64,000 bases of DNA from Rhodothermales bacterium (lineage in GTDB: Bacteria; Bacteroidota; Rhodothermia; Rhodothermales; UBA10348), in the NCBI GenBank assembly GCA_024711125.1, contig JANJTM010000034.1:8547-72546 (forward strand). Reading direction: 5' to 3'. Both the position numbers and the translations under genes were made by a program. The notes beneath the pieces are model-generated. The model saw only the letters and a list, made by a program, of their open reading frames with translations, was not told where the DNA came from and did no database searches. This document shows positions 49,113 to 58,250 of the stretch, in pieces (position 1 is the first letter of the stretch; every line of letters starts with the position of its first letter).

Positions 49113-49640
49113 TCAGTTCGTGCCGCCCCGCGCCGTCGCAGGGGCGTCATGGCAGAACAGGCAACCGTCGGCGGCGTCGGCCCCCGTTTCCTGCTCGTGG
49201 CAGGTCCAGCAGGTCTCGTGCACGACCACCTTGGTGCTCATGAGCTGGTCGTGGGCGCCGTCGGCGACTTTCGGGTGGCACTCCACGCAGGCAAGCGGGG
49301 CCAGTCGCTCTTCGCCCCCGCGTTCGTGGCACAACGCGCAATCCACGCGCAGTCCCTCGAAGTAGGTCTCGTGGGGCGTGATCAGACGGCCGGCGTTCGT
49401 CTCGTGGTGACAGTCGACGCACGCGATGGCCAGCTCCTCGAAGTGCTGGTAGTGCGAGAACCGGGCTTCGCCCCAACCGGGCCACGCACCCGGATCGCCG
49501 GGACGCACGGACGTGGAATCGACCGTGGCTTCGCTCGGCAGGGCCGGGTCCTGGCCCGGGACCCACACCGCGACGGCAGCGACGGCCGCAAGCCCGAGCA
49601 GCCCCACGATCAGTCCGGAGACCCGGGACGGCGCGTTCAT
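49113..49640 (-). CDS. Membrane-anchored multiheme cytochrome c3-like protein (5 CxxCH)
   Basis: N-terminal TM; FSHYQH; CVDCHH, CALCH, CVECH, CWTCH, CLFCH. Confidence 0.88.
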   Translation of the reverse strand: MNAPSRVSGLIVGLLGLAAVAAVAVWVPGQDPALPSEATVDSTSVRPGDPGAWPGWGEARFSHYQHFEELAIACVDCHHETNAGRLITPHETYFEGLRVDCALCHERGGEERLAPLACVECHPKVADGAHDQLMSTKVVVHETCWTCHEQETGADAADGCLFCHDAPATARGGTN

Positions 49641-50773
49641 GCCGGCTGGAGCGTCTTCTGGATGGCTTCCCATGTCGATTCCTCGTCGTTCTTGCGCTCT
49701 CCGAGCGGTCCCTCGCGGTCCGCCGCTGCCGCGCGTGCCGCCTCGTACCGTGCAATCTGCTGGTCGTACCACGATTCGGCGTCGGCCCCGATGCGCAGAC
49801 CGCCGAGTTCGGTGGCCAACCGTGCCGGCTCGATCCAGCACACCCAGCCCGACTCGAAGGGACGCAGGTTGACCAGCTCGGGGTGGTGGTGCAACTCGGC
49901 GTTGACGGCCACAACCTTACCGCTCACCGGGGACGGCACGGCCAGCCGCCTGCCGTTCCGTACGATCGCGAAGAGGGGGTCACCCTTGAGTACCGTGAAG
50001 GCGGTATCGGGCACCTCGACCGAATCGACCTCTCCGAAGAGCTTCTGGATGAAGTCGTCCACGCCCACCTGGCACAGTCCGTTCGGATGCACGCCGACCC
50101 AGGCGTGTCCTTCGCCGATGAACAGGCCCGACGGAACGTTGAACTCGCGCGGGGACGCCGATGCGCGCCGCGAGGGCGTCACGATGCGCACGTGGGGACG
50201 CTGCGCACGCTCCAGCCGATCCTGGCGGCGGATGAGCGATTTACCCACGAAGGCCACCAGTTCTTCGGCCGTGAACGGCTTCTGCACGTAGTCGGTCGCG
50301 CCGTACTTCATGCAGTCGACCGCCGTCTCTATCGTCGCGAATCCCGTGATCACGATGATGTCGATGTCGGGGCGCAGGTGCTTGACGCCCTTCACGACGT
50401 CCAGGCCGTCCATCACCGGCATCTTGAGGTCGGTGAAAACGAAATCGTAGTCGTGTTTCTTGACGAGGCCGAGCGCCTCGGGACCCGACTCGACCGTGTC
50501 GATCGCGTACCCCTCGAGAACGAGGATCTTGCGGAAGCTGTCGAGGATGATCGCTTCGTCGTCCACGGCGAGGATCCGGGCTTTCGGTTCGGCGGGCTCG
50601 GCGCGCTTCAGCGTGGGCGCCTCGTCGGAGACGTCGAGACGGAGGCCGATATCGAGGGCTTCGGCCCTCTCGCGTCGCAGCCTGGCCTCATGCCGCTGCC
50701 TGAGAATCAAGCGAATGCCAACGTCCACCACCAGGAAGGCGATGACCGTTACGATTACCATCAGGATGACCAT
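49637..50773 (-). CDS. TM-anchored receiver + GcvH-like protein lacking the lipoyl lysine
   Basis: N-terminal TM; REC AVDDE, FTDLKMP, ITGF, QKPF; GHAWV...VGVDDF...SPVSGKVVAVN..L...PELVN..PFESGWVC. Confidence 0.88.
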   Translation of the reverse strand: MVILMVIVTVIAFLVVDVGIRLILRQRHEARLRRERAEALDIGLRLDVSDEAPTLKRAEPAEPKARILAVDDEAIILDSFRKILVLEGYAIDTVESGPEALGLVKKHDYDFVFTDLKMPVMDGLDVVKGVKHLRPDIDIIVITGFATIETAVDCMKYGATDYVQKPFTAEELVAFVGKSLIRRQDRLERAQRPHVRIVTPSRRASASPREFNVPSGLFIGEGHAWVGVHPNGLCQVGVDDFIQKLFGEVDSVEVPDTAFTVLKGDPLFAIVRNGRRLAVPSPVSGKVVAVNAELHHHPELVNLRPFESGWVCWIEPARLATELGGLRIGADAESWYDQQIARYEAARAAAADREGPLGERKNDEESTWEAIQKTLQPA

Positions 50774-51147
50774 GGCGCTTGCCCTTCCGTATGGTGGGGC
50801 GGTCTCGCGGCCGCCGGAGTTGACTCTGCGTGTGCGGACCTCTCGGGCACCGGTACGGGCCTCTGGAGTCCTAAAAAAACGTACGCTCCCAGCGAAACGG
50901 TTCGTGTGAGCAGACTCCTGCAGGGCCTGTCGGTGGCGCCGTTCATCGGCTGCGGGAGGTCTTCGGTCCCACGCGTAGGGCGGTTTCGCGTCCGGCCATG
51001 CACCGATTCGCCGGGACTCCCTGGGGAAATCCACTACGGCCCGGACGGAGGACGAGCCACGGGCGCGGGCACGGGCGTACTACCGATTGCGCCGCATCGG
51101 CTTTTCCCGTTCCTTGATCGGTGTCGCCGAACCTTTTGGACCACGTC

Positions 51148-52449
51148 ATGCAGGACCTTTCCCGACGCGGCTTTCTCGGCCGCACGATCGCGGCGGCCGC
51201 CGTTCCGGTTCTTTCGCTCGCGCCGCGTTCCCGGCCGCAAGCACCGCTTGGCAGGGCCACGGCCCTTCCCGGTGGCCCCGGCGAACGCTGGGTGGAGCGC
51301 GCCCGGGCCGAGATTCCCGCCGCCACCAACTACGGGTATTTCCAGACGGCCGGCATAGGACCGAGCCCGACCCCGGTCCTGGACGTGGTGTCTGCCGTGC
51401 TGCACCGCCAGAACCGGGGCCCCGCGGCGCCGGAGGTCGCATCGGTCATCTCGCCGATCGAACCTGACCTTCGGGCGCACCTCGCGCGGGCGTTCGGCGC
51501 ACGCGAAAACGAGGTGGCGCTCACGCACTCGACCTCCGAAGGCCTCAACATCGTGTCGTGGGCCTTCAACTGGAAGGAGGGGGACGAGGTGGTCGTCACC
51601 AACCAGGAGCACCCCTCCAACGTCATCCCGTGGTACACCCTGCGCGACCGCTTCGGCGTGCGCACGAGGGTCGTCGATTTTTCGGCCGGAACCGACCTGG
51701 TCGGGCAGATCCGCGCGGCGCTGAATGCCCGCACGCGGCTCGTTTCGATTCCGCACGTCTCGCGGAACAACGGCCGGCGCGTCACGGCCGACGAATCGGC
51801 GGCATTGGCCGACATGCTGCGGAAGGCGGGCGTGTACTACCACCTCGACGGCGCGCAGGGCCCGGGCTGCGTGCCCTTCGATTTTGCGGCGCTCGGCTGC
51901 GATGCCTACTCGACGTGCGGACACAAGTGGCTGCTCGGTCCGAAGGGCACCGGCGCCTTCTTCGTAAGGGAGGCCATGCTCGAGCGCACCCTGATGTCGT
52001 GGACGGGCGCCCACTCCCACGCCACGATGGACTACGAGGGCGGCTACACGCTGCTTCCATCGGCCGCCCGTTTCGAGTTCGGAACGCGCGCCCACGCCGA
52101 TTTCGCGGGTTTCGACGCGGCGGTCTCCTGGATGGAAGCGATCGGATTCGACCGCATCCACGGGCGGATCGACGCGCTCGTCGAGTACGCCATCGAAAAG
52201 GCACGGTCCCTGCGCCGGTTCGGGATTGCCTCGCCCGTCGAGGCCGGGGCGCGTTCGGGCGTGTTCGTGCTCCGGCTTCCCGAGGACGCGGATGCCGGTG
52301 CGCTGTATCACCGCCTGGCAGGCGAGAAGGACATCCTCGCTTCGCCGGTGCGGGAGGCGCGGGACCTCCGGATCGCCATCCACTTCTTCAACACGACCGA
52401 CGAGATCGACGAGGCCTTCGATGCGATCGAGCAGTTCACGCGCGGCTGA
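51148..52449 (+). CDS. Tat-exported class V PLP enzyme (CefD/C-S lyase-like)
   Basis: SRRGFL Tat motif; STSEGLN, EHPSN, DGAQ, CGHKWLLGPKGTG, RFEFGT. Confidence 0.88.
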   Translation: MQDLSRRGFLGRTIAAAAVPVLSLAPRSRPQAPLGRATALPGGPGERWVERARAEIPAATNYGYFQTAGIGPSPTPVLDVVSAVLHRQNRGPAAPEVASVISPIEPDLRAHLARAFGARENEVALTHSTSEGLNIVSWAFNWKEGDEVVVTNQEHPSNVIPWYTLRDRFGVRTRVVDFSAGTDLVGQIRAALNARTRLVSIPHVSRNNGRRVTADESAALADMLRKAGVYYHLDGAQGPGCVPFDFAALGCDAYSTCGHKWLLGPKGTGAFFVREAMLERTLMSWTGAHSHATMDYEGGYTLLPSAARFEFGTRAHADFAGFDAAVSWMEAIGFDRIHGRIDALVEYAIEKARSLRRFGIASPVEAGARSGVFVLRLPEDADAGALYHRLAGEKDILASPVREARDLRIAIHFFNTTDEIDEAFDAIEQFTRG

Positions 52450-52578
52450 GGCGCGGGCGAGCCACGTCGTTCCTGGGGAATCACGTTCATCACCCGGATC
52501 GACACCGGCAAGTCCGTGCAGTGGTTCAGGACGGGGCGCCGGCCCGTCCGTAATTATCGCGGCTCTGTCCGTTACGCC

Positions 52579-52607
52579 TTGACGCCGCGCACCCGGTGGC
52601 GTATTAA
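52579..52607 (+). promoter_or_regulatory. Candidate sigma70-like promoter for kinase 5
   Basis: TTGACG-N17-TATTAA, 45 bp upstream of ATG 52653. Confidence 0.35.
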
Positions 52608-52652
52608 CCCGCTCCGAATTCCGGCGACCGGGTTCCACAGTTCGCTACCCCC

Positions 52653-55600
52653 ATGATCGGAACGACCGTCCGGCAGTACCACGTCCTCGAGCAACTCGGA
52701 CAGGGCGGAATGGGCGTGGTCTACCGCGCCCACGACACGCGTCTCGAGCGCGACGTCGCGCTCAAGTTCCTTCCGGCCCAGTTCTCGCACGACGAGCAGG
52801 CCAAGGCCCGGTTCATGCGCGAGGCCCGGGCGGCCTCGGGCCTCGACCATCCGAACATCTGCACGATCCACGAGATCGGCGAGGCCGACGACGGCCGGCT
52901 CTTCCTCGCGATGCCCCTCTACGACGGGCAGACGATGAAGGACCGGCTGGAGGCCGGTCCGCTGGACGTGCCGACGGCGCTGGGCATCGCGTACCAGGTC
53001 GCGGGCGGCCTCGAGCGGTCGCACGAGGCGGGCATCGTGCACCGGGACGTGAAGCCCGCCAACGTGATGATCACGAGCCGGGGCCGCGCCGTGGTGCTCG
53101 ATTTCGGCGTCGCCAAGCTCGAAGCGTCGAGCGACCTGACGAAGATGGGTTCGACGGTCGGAACCACGGCCTACATGAGCCCCGAGCAGGCGAGGGGAGA
53201 CGCGGTCGACGCCCGGAGCGACGTGTGGTCGCTCGGCGTGGTGCTCTACGAGATGGTCGCGGGCCGGCGCCCGTTCACGGGCAGCTATGAACAGGCGATC
53301 GTCTACGCGATCATCAACCAGGATCCGGACGACCTCGATTCGGTGGCTTCCCGGCTGCCGGACGGCGCCGGCGACCTGCTGAAGTCGATGCTCGCCAAGG
53401 ATCCGGACCGGCGCCCGGCCTCCATGGCCGAGGTCGTGACCGCGCTGGCGCCCTTCGCCGGCGCGTCTGCGGCTACCGCCGAGCGCACGTCGTCGGGCCG
53501 CACGGCGCCGTCGCGTGCGACCGCTCCGGCGCGCGCGCCCGGCGATGCGGCCGCCCGGCCGTCGTCACGACCCCGATGGCTCATCCCGGTCGGCGGCGCC
53601 CTCGTCACGGCCGTCGTCATGGCCGCGATCTGGTTCATGGTCCCGCGGGGCGCCGGCGAGGAGGACGGACTTCCGCCCGACCTCGTGGCCGTCATGCCGT
53701 TCGCGGTGAACGGGGACGAGTCGCTCGCCTACCTGCGCGAGGGGCTGGTCAACCTGATCGGGACGCGGCTCGACGGGGCCGGTCCGCTGACCGTCGTCGA
53801 TCCGAACGCCGTCATCGGCAGCTCGGAGTCTTTCGGTGCGGAGGCCATCACGCCAGACGAGGCGCGTGGGGTCGCGGAATCGCTCGGCGCGGGCAGTTTC
53901 GTGCTGGGTTCGATCACCACGCTGGCCGGCCAGATCCAGCTGGCAGCCGATTTCTACGGGCCGGACGACACGGTGCGGGTCCGGGTCACGGTCGACGGGG
54001 AGGACCACCTTCCGAAGGGCGTCGACGAGGTCGCGCTCCAGCTCGTGAAGTCGCGCCTCAAGGCCGGGACGGAAGCGCTGTCCACGGCGGCCGCGGGCAA
54101 TACGGTGTCGTACGAGGCCCTCAAGGCCTACCTGAAGGGCGAGGAGTATTTCCGCACGCTGGACTACGACAAGGCCCACGACGCCTTCAAGGAGGCCATT
54201 GCGGCCGATTCCACCTTTGCCCTGGCGTGGTATCGCCTTGCCCGGGCCGTGCGCTGGGGCGGAGGAGACTACACGACGTCGGCGCTCTTCAGGGCGCGGC
54301 GGGAGGCACTCGACCACGCTCTGGCCGGTCGCAGCGAGCTGCCGGAGCGGTTCCAGATGCTGATCGAGGCGGCCGATGCCTTCGAGAAGGGGGACGTGAA
54401 TCGGGCCCGGGAACTGTACCAGCGCCGTCTCGAGCGTGATCCGAACGATGTCGAGGCGCTGTCGGAATACGCCGACCTGACGTACGCCTACAACCCGCTG
54501 GTCGGAAAGTCGTCGCAGGAGGCCGTGCCCGTCTTTGAACGGCTGCTGGCCATCGACGCGGACAACGGCACGGCCCTCTGGAACCTGGCCATGCTCGCGG
54601 GACAGAGGGACGACCTCGCGGCGTTCGATTCGATCATGGGGCGGTTGCTCGACAACCCGCGAGCACAGAACGGCAATTCGGACTTCGCCCGGCAATTCCG
54701 GGTGCTCGCGGCTCACGGTGTCGATTCGTTGGACGCGGCCCTGGGTCGCGTGTCGAACGTGGAGAACCACGTCACCCTCGCGAATCTCCTGGCGGGCTTT
54801 ACGCACCGGTACGACGTCGCCCGCGCCATCGGGGAGCGCCTCGCAAAGGGCGACTACACCGAGCAGACCCGCCGTAACGGACGCTGGATCCAGTCGGTAC
54901 TGGCGAGCGTGGAGGGCCGCCCGAAGGCCTCCGACGCCCTGGCAGAGGACGATCCCGGCCGCGATTTCGGCCGGTTGCTCGTCGACCGGGTCATGCGCGA
55001 CGCGGTACCGCAGTTCGCGGCCCCCCGGGAGCGGCTCGAGAAGCTCAAGGCGATGACCGAGGCCTGGGATACGACCACCCAGCATCTCGACCCGCACAGC
55101 GTCATCGAGGGGCACTACGGGGAGATCCGGGCCTACCTGTTGGGCATCCTGGCGGTGCGGCTCGGCGACGACGCGGGGCTGGCGCGGCAGATCGCCTACC
55201 TGAGGTCCCGGTCCGGCGCGACGAGCCCAGGCGAGCCGCCGTACGTCTTCGCGCGCACGCTCGAGGGGCTCAAGGACTGGCGGAACGGGCAGCTCGACGC
55301 GGCGCTCGCCTCGTTCGACAACGCGCAGATGTACGTCAACGACGTATGCGCCTCGTGCTCTAACGCCCACTCGCAGACGCTCAACCGCTTCGTACGGGCC
55401 GAAATCCTGTTCGAGCAGGGGCGCCACGAGGACGCGCTCGGCTGGTACGGCTCGCTCTTCGACGGGGACCAGTGGTGGGGCGCGGTGCACCTCGGCATCT
55501 CCACGGTGCGTTCGGCCGAGATTGCCGAGGCGGCGGGCAATACGGCCGAGGCCGTGCGGCTGTACGGGAAGTTCCTCGATCTCTGGAAGAACGCCGAGCC

Positions 55601-55700
55601 GGAGTTGCAGCCGCTGGTCGAGGATGCGCGGCGGCGCATGGATCAGCTCGTCGCGGCCGGCTCGAGGGAACCCGGGCGAACGGTGACGCCGGGCGGGTGA
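52653..55700 (+). CDS. Ser/Thr protein kinase + TM + TolB_N-like + TPR domain (kinase 5)
   Basis: [37 protein letters not shown]...[13 protein letters not shown]; helical TPR-like repeats ending [14 protein letters not shown]. Confidence 0.93.
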   Translation: [1015 protein letters not shown]

Positions 55701-55984
55701 GCCGCGGCGCTGCAGTATTCCGGTGCCCGGGCCATTATCCGGTCCCGTCTTTCCTCGTCCGGGGCGCCGATGGCCGGAGTCCACGGTCAGGCCCGGCGGA
55801 AGCCGACGGATTCGATCCGGGGCACTCCGCGTCCGGGAGGAACGCCGACCGGCGTTCCGACCGCCTTGCCGCTTGGTGATGCGAGGAGTATATAGCAGCG
55901 ATTCTTCACCGACGGCCGCCCCCTGTCGTCGAGTGGATGCGGCCCAAAGGACACCGGGCCGGCCCCTCATCAACCCGGAACCCC

Positions 55985-57664
55985 ATGGACACCCTCACCC
56001 AACGAGTCCGGACCTTGGGGGTCTGGACTGCCCTGGCATTTTCCTTCGTCGCGACTGCCGGCGCCCAGGTGCCCGAAACCCTGAGTTGGCAAGGCGTTCT
56101 TCGCGGCGCGGACGGCCACGTCGTGCCGGACGGCTCCCGATCGCTCACCTTCCGCCTGTACGAGGCGGCCAGCAGTGGCGATGCGATCTGGACCGAGACG
56201 CAGACGGTCGACGTTTCGCTCGGCATCGCATCGGTCCTTCTCGGCAGCGTTTCGTCGCTGGCCACGGTCCCGTTCGACAAGCCGTACTGGCTCGGGGTTG
56301 CCATCGACACGGCCCCGGAACTCGAGCCGCGCACACCCCTCTCGTCGTCGCCGTACAGCCTCGGAGGGCGTCCGGCCACCGTGACGGCGGGCGAAGTCCT
56401 CGGAATCGGCTCCGACTCGCCGGCATCGATAGAGCCGTTCACGACGCCGATGCTGTCCCTGGTCGGTCGTCCCGGATACGAGGACCTGGTACACGTCCTG
56501 GCGACCGAAGGAAATCCGCGCCATCCGTCGTACCAGGCCGCCGTCTCGAACGGCACCAAGGTTGACAGGGAGGCCGTAACCCCCGGGCAGCCGCTGTTCA
56601 GCCTGCAATCCTGGGCGCACAGCGGTACCGGGTTCGTTCCCGCAGCCTACCTGCAGTTCGTCGCCGGGCCGACGGTATCCGCCAACGCGGTTACCGGCGC
56701 ACTCGCAATCGGGACGTCGGGCAGCGACGGGATTCGCCCGCGGTTGTTTCTCGACAGCGAAGGCCGGCTCGGCATCAATACGGTGTCGCCGGCCCATCGG
56801 CTGGATGTGCAGAACGGCACAATGCGGATCCTGAATCACAATGTCGACAATTCACTCGTCAACCGTCCGATCCTGTACCTGGAATCGGGCGGTCCCGAGG
56901 GCGCGTTCGGGGGCGGCCTTGTTTTCGCCAAGAACGGAACGAACCGGCTGGAGCTCTTTCACATCGATACACCGAACCAGCTGATCGCCTGGGATTCGCA
57001 GGGTCGCGGACCGTCCCTGTGGCACACCCCGGCCGGAGGCATCGAAATGCTCGGTCTGGGCGGATTCCATTACGATACCGACCACTATCTCACGATGCGC
57101 ACGGCGGGTGGCCATGCGTACCGAACGGGTATCCGCCTGCGCGTCTACAACGAACAGCACGGCTTCACGATCGAGAATGACGACCGCCCCGGAAGCCTCG
57201 GCCTGAACCTGAAGCGGCACGACGCGATCGATGGCGACGCGTCCTTCTTGGGGATCTCGTCGCTGTTCGTGGAGCGCGCGACCGGAAACGTCGGATTCGG
57301 CACGACCACGCCTTCGCATCCGATCCACATGGCGAGCGGAGCGCACGTCACGGCCGGCGGAGTCTGGACGGACGCCAGTTCCCGGACGCTCAAGGAGAAC
57401 ATCGAGGACCTGTCGCTCGAGGATGCGCTCGACGCGCTCTCCGGCCTCCAGCCCGTGCTCTTCACCTACCGCGCCCAGGCCGGAGAACAGTACGCCGGCT
57501 TCATCGCAGAAGACGTACCCGACCTGGTGGCGCACAACGACCGCAGGAGCCTGAGCCCGATGGATCTCGTGGCCGTGCTCACGCGCGTCGTGCAGGAACA
57601 ACAGGCACAGATCGAGCAGCTGCGGAAGCGCCTCGATTCAGTGGACGCGGCGAGGGCACGATGA
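55985..57664 (+). CDS. Secreted fibre-like protein with C-terminal Peptidase_S74 intramolecular chaperone
   Basis: Signal peptide, QVPETLSWQGVL, PRTPLSSSPYS, GxVGxGTxxP repeats, WTDASSRTLKENI...GFIAEDVPDLV...coiled coil. Confidence 0.85.
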   Translation: MDTLTQRVRTLGVWTALAFSFVATAGAQVPETLSWQGVLRGADGHVVPDGSRSLTFRLYEAASSGDAIWTETQTVDVSLGIASVLLGSVSSLATVPFDKPYWLGVAIDTAPELEPRTPLSSSPYSLGGRPATVTAGEVLGIGSDSPASIEPFTTPMLSLVGRPGYEDLVHVLATEGNPRHPSYQAAVSNGTKVDREAVTPGQPLFSLQSWAHSGTGFVPAAYLQFVAGPTVSANAVTGALAIGTSGSDGIRPRLFLDSEGRLGINTVSPAHRLDVQNGTMRILNHNVDNSLVNRPILYLESGGPEGAFGGGLVFAKNGTNRLELFHIDTPNQLIAWDSQGRGPSLWHTPAGGIEMLGLGGFHYDTDHYLTMRTAGGHAYRTGIRLRVYNEQHGFTIENDDRPGSLGLNLKRHDAIDGDASFLGISSLFVERATGNVGFGTTTPSHPIHMASGAHVTAGGVWTDASSRTLKENIEDLSLEDALDALSGLQPVLFTYRAQAGEQYAGFIAEDVPDLVAHNDRRSLSPMDLVAVLTRVVQEQQAQIEQLRKRLDSVDAARAR

Positions 57665-58248
57665 TGGGGCGGCACATGCCGCCTCCCGGGAGGCACACAC
57701 GGTGGTCGAAGGCGGTTCGGCTGACGGCAGCGCTTTCGCTCGCACTGGCGTGGTCTGCCACGGCGGGCAGGGTCGTGGCGCAGGAATCCACCGGGTGGAC
57801 GATCGTTTCCGGCGGCGCGATGCGCGCGTCCGGCCAGGGAATCCTGCTGACGGCAACCGTCGGGCAACCCGTCGCGGGCGTGTCCGGTCCGCTGCGACAC
57901 GGATTCTGGCAGGCCGCGCGCGTCGGGACGGCGACGGCCGTCGACGAGCCGACAGCGACCGGCGTTCCCGTGGCGTATTCGCTGCACGGCGCGTATCCCA
58001 ACCCGTTCAACCCGGAGACCACGTTTCGGATGGACGTTCCCGGGGACGGACGGGTGCGCATCCGTATCTTCGATGCGCTCGGTCGGAAGGTGCGCACCCT
58101 CCTGGACGAGGCACCCGGTCCCGGAACGCACACCGTGCGTTGGAACGGGTTGCTCGACGGAGGTTCTGCGGCCTCTTCCGGACTCTACCTGGCGCGAATG
58201 GAAGCCGACGGATTCGTCGGCGTCCGTCGCGTGATACTCGTGAGGTGA
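57661..58248 (+). CDS. Small secreted protein with FlgD-Ig/T9SS-type C-terminal domain
   Basis: Signal peptide, TVGQP...GFW, YSLHGAYPNPFNPET, FDALGRKVRTL, SSGLYLARM. Confidence 0.8.
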   Translation: MMGRHMPPPGRHTRWSKAVRLTAALSLALAWSATAGRVVAQESTGWTIVSGGAMRASGQGILLTATVGQPVAGVSGPLRHGFWQAARVGTATAVDEPTATGVPVAYSLHGAYPNPFNPETTFRMDVPGDGRVRIRIFDALGRKVRTLLDEAPGPGTHTVRWNGLLDGGSAASSGLYLARMEADGFVGVRRVILVR

Positions 58249-58250
58249 CG

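Noticed and set aside
44433-50773. Glycine cleavage system or sHdr/LbpA sulfur oxidation cluster
   Set aside because: No gcvP/gcvT, hdr or lipoate ligase genes, and the H-like domains lack the lipoyl lysine
55985-57664. Prophage tail fibre
   Set aside because: Has a Sec signal peptide and no neighbouring phage structural, integrase or lysis genes
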